From: a virus | IMG/VR virus record: IMGVR_UViG_3300009537_000002 | Location: 1-23,820 of that record | Length of the DNA stretch: 23,820 nt | Reading direction: 5' to 3' (one strand) | Shown here: positions 8,193 through 16,892 of the stretch, piece after piece | Numbering within the stretch: the stretch's first letter is position 1 | Layout of the letters: the number at the start of each line of letters is the position of its first letter | Notes under the pieces: model-generated | Told to the model about the DNA's origin: nothing | What the model saw: the letters and a program-made list of their open reading frames with translations, nothing else | The model's database searches: none | Position numbers and translations under genes: made by a program

Positions 8193-8551
8193 TATTTCAC
8201 CTGCCACTTGAATTTCATTGGGTATACTTTGAGACCCTTGTCATTAGCCTTCTTCACGATGAATTTGTAATATTCATCGGCTTCCTTCTTGCTGTGGAAG
8301 TCCTGACACAAAGGCTCATAGGCACCCTTGAGCTTCCACTGCTTTTTCACAGCTTCAGCAAAAGCCTTCTCTCTGGTCTTGTAGTGCTTACCAGAATTCT
8401 TGTTGCTATTCTGAATATCAGAGACTATGAGAGCGGGTGTTTGGTTGAGGAACCCGATCTGCATACAGTTCCATAGCTGGGGCATTGGCATACCAGCGCT
8501 TGCGAGTTGTGGAAGCCCAAGTATTACAAGCAGTGTCATCAACTTTTTCAT
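8192..8551 (-). CDS. Secreted basic protein, 119 aa
   Basis: Sec signal MKKLMTLLVILGLPQLASA with an AxA cleavage site; two Cys. Confidence 0.7.
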   Translation of the reverse strand: MKKLMTLLVILGLPQLASAGMPMPQLWNCMQIGFLNQTPALIVSDIQNSNKNSGKHYKTREKAFAEAVKKQWKLKGAYEPLCQDFHSKKEADEYYKFIVKKANDKGLKVYPMKFKWQVK

Positions 8552-8555
8552 ATCG

Positions 8556-8954
8556 TTACTCGTTTGCTAGTTTGTCTAGCGCCTTTTCAATCTTGTCCAA
8601 TGTCCTAGTGGTTTGTGTTCGCCACTGATCATCGGCTGCTCCTTTTATCTGGAGCTCAATTACTTCTGCCCTAAGTTTATCAGTCTCAGCCTTCCAAAGC
8701 ACTTCCTTTTTGTCTCTGTCTTCTTTGATCTCACTGATCTGAGTAGAGACAGTAGACAGTTCAGCCTTGGTCATACCCCAGTTCACACCGAGACCGATGA
8801 TTACAGCCAAAATGCTTATTACCGTGGTTAGCCATTTGAGGATCTTGCCGGATGAATCAACAGCCTGGCTTACTGTACCATGTTGTTGTGTTGCTTCGGC
8901 GGCCTCCAGGCGTCCCCTGAGTCGAGCAACTTCTTGCTCGAGTTCATCAGACAT
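8556..8954 (-). CDS. Single-TM coiled-coil membrane protein, 132 aa
   Basis: TM segment WLTTVISILAVIIGLGVNW flanked by coiled coils, a common architecture near phage lysis genes. Confidence 0.7.
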   Translation of the reverse strand: MSDELEQEVARLRGRLEAAEATQQHGTVSQAVDSSGKILKWLTTVISILAVIIGLGVNWGMTKAELSTVSTQISEIKEDRDKKEVLWKAETDKLRAEVIELQIKGAADDQWRTQTTRTLDKIEKALDKLANE

Positions 8955-8970
8955 CCTATTCAGTCTCCTG

Positions 8971-9723
8971 CTATTGAGATCGGTCTATGTGTCTATCTAC
9001 AAATTCTACGACGTGATCCCCTCTTGTAGCAAGGGCACCGTCCTTCAAATTGTGATCGTACAAGTACCTTACCACGATGCCAATAACCTTTCCATTCCAG
9101 ATTACGGGACAACCTGAGGAACCTGGCTCAATGTTTACGGCCAAAAACATCAGCTCTCTTGGTGTTAGATGTGGAGGGTCCTGGCTCGTCATGGAAATAA
9201 TGAATCCATCACGACGGACTGGAAAATACCCAGAAGGAGCTCCAATGACGACGATTGGATCCTCGACTTCCACAACACTCATGTCTCCATGGAGTTCAAG
9301 GGGAGGAAGACCATGGTCCTCAGATTTAATGAGACACATATCGTGAGGAGCCTTCTTGTTCTTTTCGGCGTTAGCGACGATAGTGGCTTCAGCATAGTCT
9401 ACAATCTCACCGTGTCTGTCAGCGATCTGAACCTTCATTTTCTTGGAGGCCAAGCCTTCTTTGTTCTTTTCTTGTAGACGAGTACAGTAATGCCCCGCTG
9501 TTAGGAAGTGATCTTTGCTGACAGCAAAGCCTGTCGCTTGGTAGCGTGAGTGGCCCTTCTCACCAGGTTGCAGAAGTAGCTTGACGATGCTCTGACGATA
9601 CTGGACGTGGGTGTTCTGTGGTTGGATAGTCACACGCTGAATCTTGGTGATACACGACATGCACGACATGCCAATAAACATACTTAAGAGTGCAGCACAT
9701 ATGATCCGTTCAATCCAACGCAT
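8971..9723 (-). CDS. Exported or membrane-anchored trypsin-like (S1) serine protease
   Basis: ATGFAV, LTAGHYC (His), HDMCLI (Asp) and EPGSSGCPV (Ser). N-terminal hydrophobic signal followed by Cys (possible lipoprotein). Confidence 0.9.
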   Translation of the reverse strand: MRWIERIICAALLSMFIGMSCMSCITKIQRVTIQPQNTHVQYRQSIVKLLLQPGEKGHSRYQATGFAVSKDHFLTAGHYCTRLQEKNKEGLASKKMKVQIADRHGEIVDYAEATIVANAEKNKKAPHDMCLIKSEDHGLPPLELHGDMSVVEVEDPIVVIGAPSGYFPVRRDGFIISMTSQDPPHLTPRELMFLAVNIEPGSSGCPVIWNGKVIGIVVRYLYDHNLKDGALATRGDHVVEFVDRHIDRSQ

Positions 9724-9729
9724 CCACTA

Positions 9730-9758
9730 ATGGTATCATCGAGATCCAATTTGGTCTA
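9730..9758 (-). promoter_or_regulatory. Putative sigma70-type promoter for the protease-to-replication block
   Basis: Minus strand: TAGACC (9758-9753), 17 nt, then TACCAT (9735-9730) with a TGn extension. It lies in the only sizeable intergenic gap (40 nt), 6 nt before the ATG at 9723. Confidence 0.5.
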
Positions 9759-9763
9759 GCTAG

Positions 9764-10744
9764 CTATACGATATGCCCCACAGCGGCCAAGTCAGACTGA
9801 AGCATATCATTGACCAAGTCTTTGAATGACGTCTCTGGTTCCCATCCAAGCAGTTTTTTGGCTTTCGAACTGTCACCAAGAAGTACATCAACCTCAGCAG
9901 GTCGATAGAATCTTGGGTCTACCTCAACATATTTGCGGTAGTCGCCGAGTCCGGCATAATCAAATGCAATTGCACAGAACTCTCGAATAGAGTGAGTCTC
10001 TCCAGTAGCCAAAACAAAGTCTTCTGGCTGGTGATAGTTGAGCATTCGATACATACCATCTACATAGTCGCGAGCGTGTCCCCAATCTCGTTTTGAGTCG
10101 AGGTTGCCAAGGTAAAGCTTTTGCTGACGTCCGTCCACGATGTTGGCCACACCCAAAGTAATCTTCCGCGTGACAAAATTGGGGCCGCGCCGAGGAGACT
10201 CATGGTTAAACAGAATACCATTGCAAGCAAACATCTTGTACGCTTCGCGGTAGTTGACCGTAATCCAGAAGCCGTAAAGCTTGGCACACCCATATGGAGA
10301 GCGTGGATAAAACGCTGCAGTCTCATCTGTGAGCGTTTCCCCATCTTGACCTCCGAATAGTTCTGACGTTGACGCCTGATAGAATCTAGTATGTATACCT
10401 GAGTCACGGATTGCCTCCAAGCAGTTAAGTACGCCCAGGCCAGTAGCCTGGAGAGTGTATGTGGGTTGTTTGAATGAGGAGCCTACGTGGGACTGGCTTG
10501 CCAGGTTGTAGAACTCATCGGCCTTTGCTAGCTTGCAAAGTTTGTTGAGACTAGGAGGGTCGAGTAGGTCGCCTTCGATGATCTCTAGGTCTTTCTCGTT
10601 CTCTAGATGTGCTGAGCATCCGAGGTCGTTATTGGATGTACGGCGCTTGAAGCCATACACTTTGTAATCTTTCTCGAGCAGGAGTTCAGCGAGGTATGAA
10701 CCATCTTGGCCGGTGACCCCTGTAACTATTGCTGTCTTCTTCAT
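9764..10744 (-). CDS. gmd: GDP-mannose 4,6-dehydratase
   Basis: TGVTGQDGSYLAELLL, YNLASQSHV, RFYQASTSELFG, PRSPYGCAK, NGILFNHESPRRG, FVTRKIT, RDWGHARDYV and RPAEVD. ATG 10744 in an ATGA overlap. Confidence 0.97.
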   Translation of the reverse strand: MKKTAIVTGVTGQDGSYLAELLLEKDYKVYGFKRRTSNNDLGCSAHLENEKDLEIIEGDLLDPPSLNKLCKLAKADEFYNLASQSHVGSSFKQPTYTLQATGLGVLNCLEAIRDSGIHTRFYQASTSELFGGQDGETLTDETAAFYPRSPYGCAKLYGFWITVNYREAYKMFACNGILFNHESPRRGPNFVTRKITLGVANIVDGRQQKLYLGNLDSKRDWGHARDYVDGMYRMLNYHQPEDFVLATGETHSIREFCAIAFDYAGLGDYRKYVEVDPRFYRPAEVDVLLGDSSKAKKLLGWEPETSFKDLVNDMLQSDLAAVGHIV

Positions 10745-11661
10745 TTCCAATCCTCTGGATGTGGTATCACATCAAATGTTGCTTCCACAATCTCGTCGGA
10801 GATTGGGATGTGTGTTTCCCGGATAGGTTTTCCGTTACACACGTTCTCTAGTATAACAACTTCGGCCGGGCTGCTGCCAATCAACATCGTGTCCAAATGT
10901 TCTATGTAGTACATGCCCCGAGTCCAACCTCGTTTAGCAAGTTCGCTACCACCTTCGGTGCTCGTCTCTTGATAGAGCACACGGCGGATGTCCCATGTCA
11001 CAGGATCGAGCGTAATCGTCCTAGACTTACGAGAGTTGTTGATTGCAATCTCACCAGTTGGTAGTTCCCAGATATCATGTGAACCACGGAGCAGTTCCTG
11101 GTTTTCCAAAACTACCTTGTCGCTTTCTCTTTCAAATACGATTGCCGCTTTTGCGCACAGTCCATACTTATCTGAAAAAGAGTTGAAGTGTAGCGTGTCG
11201 TTGTTGCCCTCATCACTATCAGGAGGAGAAAGACCGGGATGAATACTTGTGTAGTCAGAGAAACAAACCCACTGACTTGCATGTGGATGAAACTTCCAGA
11301 TGGCATTCTGTCGCGTGTTGGTTACCAACAAAGTACTGGGAAACGCCTCGTAGATCTGATGAATGTCCTGACACCTCTTTGACCAGTAACCTTTGTAGAT
11401 ATGCATAGATTCGGGCTCGATTTCAAAAATGCCGTCAAAGCCAGCAGCATACAAATAATCTCGTCCAAGAGATTTGTTCTGAACAAATGCCAGTCCTCGA
11501 GCTCCTCGAGTTCCTCCTCGTGGATTCTTCAAGTCAAACATTGCAAGAGGTAGACGGACTGAATTCAGAATCTCTCCGGACTCAACATCTACACAGTAGA
11601 CACGGCTGGATTCTTCCTTGTTCTTCCCTCTCCCTACTGTACTGACAAATACTCTCTTCAT
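10741..11661 (-). CDS. Beta-propeller protein resembling DUF4915/TIGR03032 and arylsulfotransferase-type propellers
   Basis: Blade-like repeats with RGARGLAF, QDIHQI, DTLHFNS, RGSHDI and GWTRGM..LIGSS. Confidence 0.55.
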   Translation of the reverse strand: MKRVFVSTVGRGKNKEESSRVYCVDVESGEILNSVRLPLAMFDLKNPRGGTRGARGLAFVQNKSLGRDYLYAAGFDGIFEIEPESMHIYKGYWSKRCQDIHQIYEAFPSTLLVTNTRQNAIWKFHPHASQWVCFSDYTSIHPGLSPPDSDEGNNDTLHFNSFSDKYGLCAKAAIVFERESDKVVLENQELLRGSHDIWELPTGEIAINNSRKSRTITLDPVTWDIRRVLYQETSTEGGSELAKRGWTRGMYYIEHLDTMLIGSSPAEVVILENVCNGKPIRETHIPISDEIVEATFDVIPHPEDWK

Positions 11662-12713
11662 TTCAGCTGCTCCAAAAACAATCTAAGACGCCCTTCCTCG
11701 AGATCAAAGTCCACACACTCCCTGAATCTATTGTATGCATTCTCACACATCTTGGCATGTCTCTCTGGCTCAGAGTGGTACTTCAAGGCCTCTACAATCT
11801 CCGTTCCTGTACGTATAGAGGTGTCTATACACGTAACACCATCTTGTAGTAATTCTGAGGCCAGACAGCCCCTGTAGTGGGCCCCATACACTACTGCAGG
11901 CCTACCACATGCATATGAGGAGTAGAGAACATGACCATACCCGTCTCCTCCTGGCTTATAATGCCACGTAAACGCTGAATCTTTCATAGCATTAGCCACC
12001 GCCGGTGCCCCCTGCAATTGCAACTGCATCCCTGCACCATAGGTAGTACCCACCCATCCTGGTAGTGCACTCATAACATTAGTGAAAAGACTAGGCTTTT
12101 TCATGTAATGAACATAACTGTTAATGATGTTGTGAAACTTAGGGGGCTCGTATTTGAATACATCTAGGTCAAATTCCTGGTGATATGACACTATTTGCTG
12201 GTTATGACCTGGATGGTACCCATCAATTCGTGCTGATACCATTGCATTTTGCACCCCAGGGGGGATCTGCCAGTTGTTTCCCATCTGAAATACGAGTTTT
12301 GCATGTGGTTGGCACTGTTGAATCAGTGTTTGGTAGGGCACAACGTGCTGTGGCATGCTTGCGATGACGATATCGAAGTCCATTTCACGGAATTTATCGA
12401 GTCTCACTGCTCGATGAGTGGTCCCGAACGTTAAATCCTTGATGTAATACACCCCATCTTCGATTGTGTAGTGCAAATTCTTGCGTTCAACCTCTGGAAG
12501 CGGGTCCCCATGCACGTCATGAGGCACTTCGGTACCCTGATGTAGTCCTAAAAACTGTTCTGCAGTGTTTGGATGGTTGTAAACTTTCCAAAATCCTTGT
12601 TCCCACCACTCTTTTCCGATGGGTCGATACAATTCCCACCCTAATCTTGTCTCGAAAAGACGATATAGAGAGTGAAATAGTGCTTGATGATGGAAATCAG
12701 CTAGTACTTTCAT
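11658..12713 (-). CDS. Divergent GT-B (GT4-like) glycosyltransferase
   Basis: Start MKVLADFHH at 12713 (ATGA overlap); FDIVIAS; FDLDVFKYEPP; HYKPGGDGYGHVLYSSYACGRPAVV; LLQDGVT. Confidence 0.75.
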   Translation of the reverse strand: MKVLADFHHQALFHSLYRLFETRLGWELYRPIGKEWWEQGFWKVYNHPNTAEQFLGLHQGTEVPHDVHGDPLPEVERKNLHYTIEDGVYYIKDLTFGTTHRAVRLDKFREMDFDIVIASMPQHVVPYQTLIQQCQPHAKLVFQMGNNWQIPPGVQNAMVSARIDGYHPGHNQQIVSYHQEFDLDVFKYEPPKFHNIINSYVHYMKKPSLFTNVMSALPGWVGTTYGAGMQLQLQGAPAVANAMKDSAFTWHYKPGGDGYGHVLYSSYACGRPAVVYGAHYRGCLASELLQDGVTCIDTSIRTGTEIVEALKYHSEPERHAKMCENAYNRFRECVDFDLEEGRLRLFLEQLK

Positions 12714-13477
12714 GGTTTCCTCGCATTGATACGATCCATATTGTCTCTCACCCAATGAATTAAACCAAAATCAAAGGTGTTCCACTGTTTGATACGTGCA
12801 AAAACGTCTGAATCAAGTGTTGTTCTCGAGGGACGAGCCTCTGATTTGTTCTCTACCAGCATTGTTTCAGGTACTTTCCACCCGAATCGCTCTGAAAGAG
12901 CAGGCCATGCAGCATTCAAACCACCTGAGAACCCAATCCAAGCGAAAGATTCATCAATGTTGTGCTCTGCTAACGCTAAATTCACCCCATTAACAGGCTT
13001 TGGGCCCATGTCAGCCTTCTTTCCACTGATATGCAGCCCTGAAACTTGCCTAACCTGGTGATTATTCATCTGATCAAACAGTAGTTCTGCTATGTAAGGG
13101 TCTAGTTGCTTGTACGTATCCTCTTGAAAACATTGGTCTAATGTCAAAGTTTGTAAAGCATTGTAAAGCACATGACCCTTACACCTGTCTTCTCTAAGAT
13201 AGTAGTAGGTAGATAGAACCCTATCTACAGGATGACGCAGTAATGTCAGATACTTACACTTCTGTGGTAGCTTTCTATGGGTACCCCACGGGGCATGCCC
13301 ACTGATATACCTTAGACCCCTCAATTGCTCCTCAGTCATGTTGTGTAGGGCCCTAGGGTGGTCTACAGACATATTGATAGGGCATAATTGTTCTGGGGGG
13401 TAGTTAGGACGTACCCCTGCGGTAAAAGACGTACCTGCACACTTAAATATGTGCATAAAGATTAATGTTTCTGTCAT
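12710..13477 (-). CDS. PAPS-dependent sulfotransferase (Sulfotransfer_2-like)
   Basis: Start MTETLIF at 13477 (ATGA overlap); 5'-PSB loop FMHIFKCAGTSF, ISGH, 3'-PB motif TLLRHPVDRVLSTYYY, and C-terminal NTFD. Confidence 0.88.
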   Translation of the reverse strand: MTETLIFMHIFKCAGTSFTAGVRPNYPPEQLCPINMSVDHPRALHNMTEEQLRGLRYISGHAPWGTHRKLPQKCKYLTLLRHPVDRVLSTYYYLREDRCKGHVLYNALQTLTLDQCFQEDTYKQLDPYIAELLFDQMNNHQVRQVSGLHISGKKADMGPKPVNGVNLALAEHNIDESFAWIGFSGGLNAAWPALSERFGWKVPETMLVENKSEARPSRTTLDSDVFARIKQWNTFDFGLIHWVRDNMDRINARKP

Positions 13478-14481
13478 GTTATGGGTCTCAGGATGTTTCC
13501 TAGGGTACCTTCGTGTTGGGATACCGCAGCTCGAGATAAACCACACCCCTTTATGCTTCTGTTCACAGCTTCCTTATACTGTAGGTTAAAATAGGCTGCA
13601 GGAGAAGACTGAGGGACAGGGAAGAGCTTGTTCATCATTGACCACCATGCAAACTTCTTTTCGAAATGAACTCTAATCGTATGATCAGGAACAGGAGGAA
13701 ACCCCTTTGGTTTGTTCCAGTTTTTGTTACCAATTGGGATCATATTCTCATCGAGAAGATGACCATTGAGAGTTGTCGAGCCGGAACCAACGTGGATCCA
13801 AGGAGGAGGAATCTTATTTTCTCTGATGACATCAATGAGTCTCCATTGTTTTATTTGGTGGACAGACAAGCCCAGGGCTCTAAGTTGAATAGAAGCCCAA
13901 ACGAATGTATCGCCACCGGTCTCTTGGGTTGGAGTAAAATCGAGCTCAGGAATGAATACGCCAGGAGCATATCTCTTTGCTCTGAAATTACAGTCTGTCT
14001 TTCGCAGGTCTTCTGTCCGACACGCAAACAACGAGGGCCAGAAGTTTGGTTGTAATGCCTCGTCACCTGTCAGACCGAACTTGCGTGCTGTCGCCTTGAT
14101 GATTTGTGGACCAACGCAACCACGCATTGATCCAACCATGTCTTTGTGTCCGCTCTCTACAATGTGAAACCAATTCTGCACTGCGTCTGGAGTTTGTACG
14201 TAGAAGTCATCCTCGAGAATGAGGACATGGTCTTCACCTACTATCTTGAGTAGTTCAGTTAGAGCGGGACCGTGATCGATGAACTTATGATGATGGATGA
14301 TTGTTGCTTCACAACTCAGGAAGAGGTCGTTCACATATTGGAAGATGGGATCCTCGGCCGGTGAGTTCAAACAAACGTAGAGCTTATCAACGTGTTGCTT
14401 GATATACTTTTTGTATGATGATACCCACCCGGCGCAGATGTATGGATCTCCTGGAGTGGGCAACAAGATCGCCCGGCTCAT
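13474..14481 (-). CDS. GT-A fold (GT2-like) glycosyltransferase
   Basis: DHGPALTELL and HVLILEDDFYV (DxD-equivalent), GGDTF and WIHVGSGS. AGGAG RBS. Confidence 0.65.
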   Translation of the reverse strand: MSRAILLPTPGDPYICAGWVSSYKKYIKQHVDKLYVCLNSPAEDPIFQYVNDLFLSCEATIIHHHKFIDHGPALTELLKIVGEDHVLILEDDFYVQTPDAVQNWFHIVESGHKDMVGSMRGCVGPQIIKATARKFGLTGDEALQPNFWPSLFACRTEDLRKTDCNFRAKRYAPGVFIPELDFTPTQETGGDTFVWASIQLRALGLSVHQIKQWRLIDVIRENKIPPPWIHVGSGSTTLNGHLLDENMIPIGNKNWNKPKGFPPVPDHTIRVHFEKKFAWWSMMNKLFPVPQSSPAAYFNLQYKEAVNRSIKGCGLSRAAVSQHEGTLGNILRPIT

Positions 14482-14489
14482 CTCTTCTC

Positions 14490-15164
14490 CTAATAGACGT
14501 CATTCAGAGCGATGATATTGTCGTCTGTCTTCCTGGTCTTCTGGAATAATACCATTCCACGAGGGTTAGGTACATGGATCAGTTGCACTTGGAAATCTGT
14601 GATGTAGCTCTGGAGTTTGGGTCTCCACTGACCGTATGGCCAGTCCAGTACGCCATGATATGTCTGCCCGTGTCTTCCTAGACTAGGATGAAGATCGTGA
14701 ATGGCAATCAGCCCTCCTTCTTTCACATTGGGCCAGAACCTGATGAACTCGTCGAAACGAAACTGTGGCTCTGAGTCCAGGAAAAGAAAATCGATGTCTT
14801 CTGGCATTTCTGCCGTGAGCGAAGACTCGAGGACTCCTTTGATCCTGTGCTTTAGATCGAGATCAAACCATAGAGCGTTTGCGTTCTGCAACAGAGGAGG
14901 AATGACCTCATATGTAGTCAGCTGTCCGGACCGATTATCCTCCAAAGCCTGGGCAATGTACGCACTCGAGATGCCAAGGTGTGTGCCTGTCTCAACAACA
15001 ATGTTTGGTCGCCAAGCTCGCACGAGACCGTAGAGCATCTCTGCTACCTCCACTTCAACTCCTCCAGAGTTGAACATAGAGTACTTCTGATTTGGGTCAG
15101 ACACTTCCGGCTCAATCTTAAGCCGTTTGGTCCTTGCTAGCATACTGTCTGTAAGACTACTCAC
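14490..15164 (-). CDS. Class I SAM-dependent methyltransferase (Methyltransf_24-like)
   Basis: IVVETGTHLGISSAY, LTTYE, IDFLFLDS and VKEGGLIAIHD. Confidence 0.88.
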   Translation of the reverse strand: MSSLTDSMLARTKRLKIEPEVSDPNQKYSMFNSGGVEVEVAEMLYGLVRAWRPNIVVETGTHLGISSAYIAQALEDNRSGQLTTYEVIPPLLQNANALWFDLDLKHRIKGVLESSLTAEMPEDIDFLFLDSEPQFRFDEFIRFWPNVKEGGLIAIHDLHPSLGRHGQTYHGVLDWPYGQWRPKLQSYITDFQVQLIHVPNPRGMVLFQKTRKTDDNIIALNDVY

Positions 15165-16176
15165 CGAGATACTCCTTCCATGACGCAGAGATCATATCTT
15201 TGTTAAAATGTCGAATCGCACTGTCACGACCATTCTTACTGACCTTGGCTGCCAGCTCATCATTGGTCAACAAGACCTGAATGATCTTCTGTAGCTGCAC
15301 TGGGTCATCAGATACAAACCCGTTGAATCCATTTTGGATTAAGTCAGGTACCTCATACAACTGGTGGTTCTGCAGATGTGCCGCGTTGCCATGCTGTGGA
15401 CCAATGGCCACAATAGGAATGCCAGTCATCCACGCTTCCATGAAGTTGAGAGTGTAAGATGCAGGATGAGTACCGGTATAGAAGTAGACTCGATTGGTCC
15501 TCATCTCTTCCTTGAGCTGCTCATACGGAACAGCACCACTAGTCCAGTCCTGCCCTTCATTGCCTGGACCAAAAAGATGACGATCGAATGGACGCGTCAC
15601 TTGTTCAAACAACGAGTAGTTACAGGCAACATCTCTGCTCTTCATGTTCTGAGCGAACGTGACAACTCTCTTCTTCTCTCCTGTCCAACCTCCATACTGC
15701 TCTGGGTCTTTGTAGAAGCGAATGAGTGCGTTCTGACCAGCGAAGCCGGGGATGTTGGCTTCACGAGGAGAATAGCGAACTACTTCAACTCCTTGGGCCA
15801 CATACTGACCCATGGCTTGCTCTGTAGAAGTTACAGACTGTCCAATGGTTCGCCAGATGACGCGAGTGTCTTTGAGAGCCTTCCAGTTACCTGAAATCCA
15901 ACGTGGCAGGTGCATGACGATGACACAGTCGAAATTGTCTACAAACTCTTTCGTGAGACAGTCTCTAGAGTCAATACCAGGCTCAGCTAGCTTGCTGTAT
16001 TGTTCCAGCCACTCGGGACGAATGGTCATACCAGGAATAGAAGGACGCTTATTGTCATGAGGAGTGACGGGATTCACATAGGCTCCTGCCGGAAATACTT
16101 CGTGTCCCATCTCGTGTAGCATCTTCACTTCCTCATACTCGAGGATAGAATGACAGGACAAATAGAGGATCTTCAT
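15157..16176 (-). CDS. GT-B (GT4-like) glycosyltransferase
   Basis: Start MKILYLSCH at 16176 (TAATG overlap); GHEV, FDCVIV, YTLNFMEAWMTGIPIV and LIQNGFNGFV. Confidence 0.85.
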   Translation of the reverse strand: MKILYLSCHSILEYEEVKMLHEMGHEVFPAGAYVNPVTPHDNKRPSIPGMTIRPEWLEQYSKLAEPGIDSRDCLTKEFVDNFDCVIVMHLPRWISGNWKALKDTRVIWRTIGQSVTSTEQAMGQYVAQGVEVVRYSPREANIPGFAGQNALIRFYKDPEQYGGWTGEKKRVVTFAQNMKSRDVACNYSLFEQVTRPFDRHLFGPGNEGQDWTSGAVPYEQLKEEMRTNRVYFYTGTHPASYTLNFMEAWMTGIPIVAIGPQHGNAAHLQNHQLYEVPDLIQNGFNGFVSDDPVQLQKIIQVLLTNDELAAKVSKNGRDSAIRHFNKDMISASWKEYLGE

Positions 16177-16892
16177 TAGAGCTCCCTCACCCACAGCGAC
16201 TGCTGCAGGTCAAATAGGCACTTCCAACCCTCCTCGACAAGGATAGGTTTCAGGAGGCCTGGCTTGCCACCACCGGGCAATCTGTTGTCATCAATCAAAA
16301 CTATAGAGTTATCATTTAATTGATCTTCCACAGCCTTGAACTCACGCACCGTGTGCTCCTGGCAAGGGTAGACGATGTCAGCGAATTTCTTCTGAAGCTC
16401 CTCGTGTGGGATCTTCTTCATGATCTCCATGGCTGTGTCGAAGTCTGGATCATAGGCTTTGGCCATTTCAAAGATCGGGTAGTCCCAGGAGTCTAGGTAG
16501 AGCAGGTCAATCTCTCCCATCCATTCCTGAAGGAACACGGCCGAATCATTGTGGTAGGTGTAGACCTTATTCATGTTCTGTGGTGCCCATGGAGCGATAC
16601 ACTTCTCTGCTACAGACAAGTGATAGACATTGTTGTCTACAACATGCAGCTCGCCACCATAGCGAGCGATGTATTCAGCAAAGATACTTGTGGACATACC
16701 AGCGCCAAGATCATCTTCCTGACGCTGGCACCCGGTCTCCACGATCACGGGAGGTTTGTCCCGTTGAACGAGCATATTCATGGCCAACTGAAACGTGTAG
16801 AAGCGTGAGTTGGAACCATCTGCGTAGTATTTCTGGAAGAACCACTGATCGTCTGTGTCTGTGAACACTAGGTCTTGCACGTGTTCTTTCAT
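16176..16892 (-). CDS. Class I SAM-dependent methyltransferase-like protein
   Basis: IVETGCQR, GMSTSIF, HVVD, DSAVFL, IDLLYLDSWD, VLIDDN and GKP. Confidence 0.8.
   Translation of the reverse strand: MKEHVQDLVFTDTDDQWFFQKYYADGSNSRFYTFQLAMNMLVQRDKPPVIVETGCQRQEDDLGAGMSTSIFAEYIARYGGELHVVDNNVYHLSVAEKCIAPWAPQNMNKVYTYHNDSAVFLQEWMGEIDLLYLDSWDYPIFEMAKAYDPDFDTAMEIMKKIPHEELQKKFADIVYPCQEHTVREFKAVEDQLNDNSIVLIDDNRLPGGGKPGLLKPILVEEGWKCLFDLQQSLWVREL

Noticed and set aside
13151-13170. 10-bp tandem repeat TTGTAAAGCA x2
   Set aside because: Only two copies inside an intact reading frame; compatible with chance.
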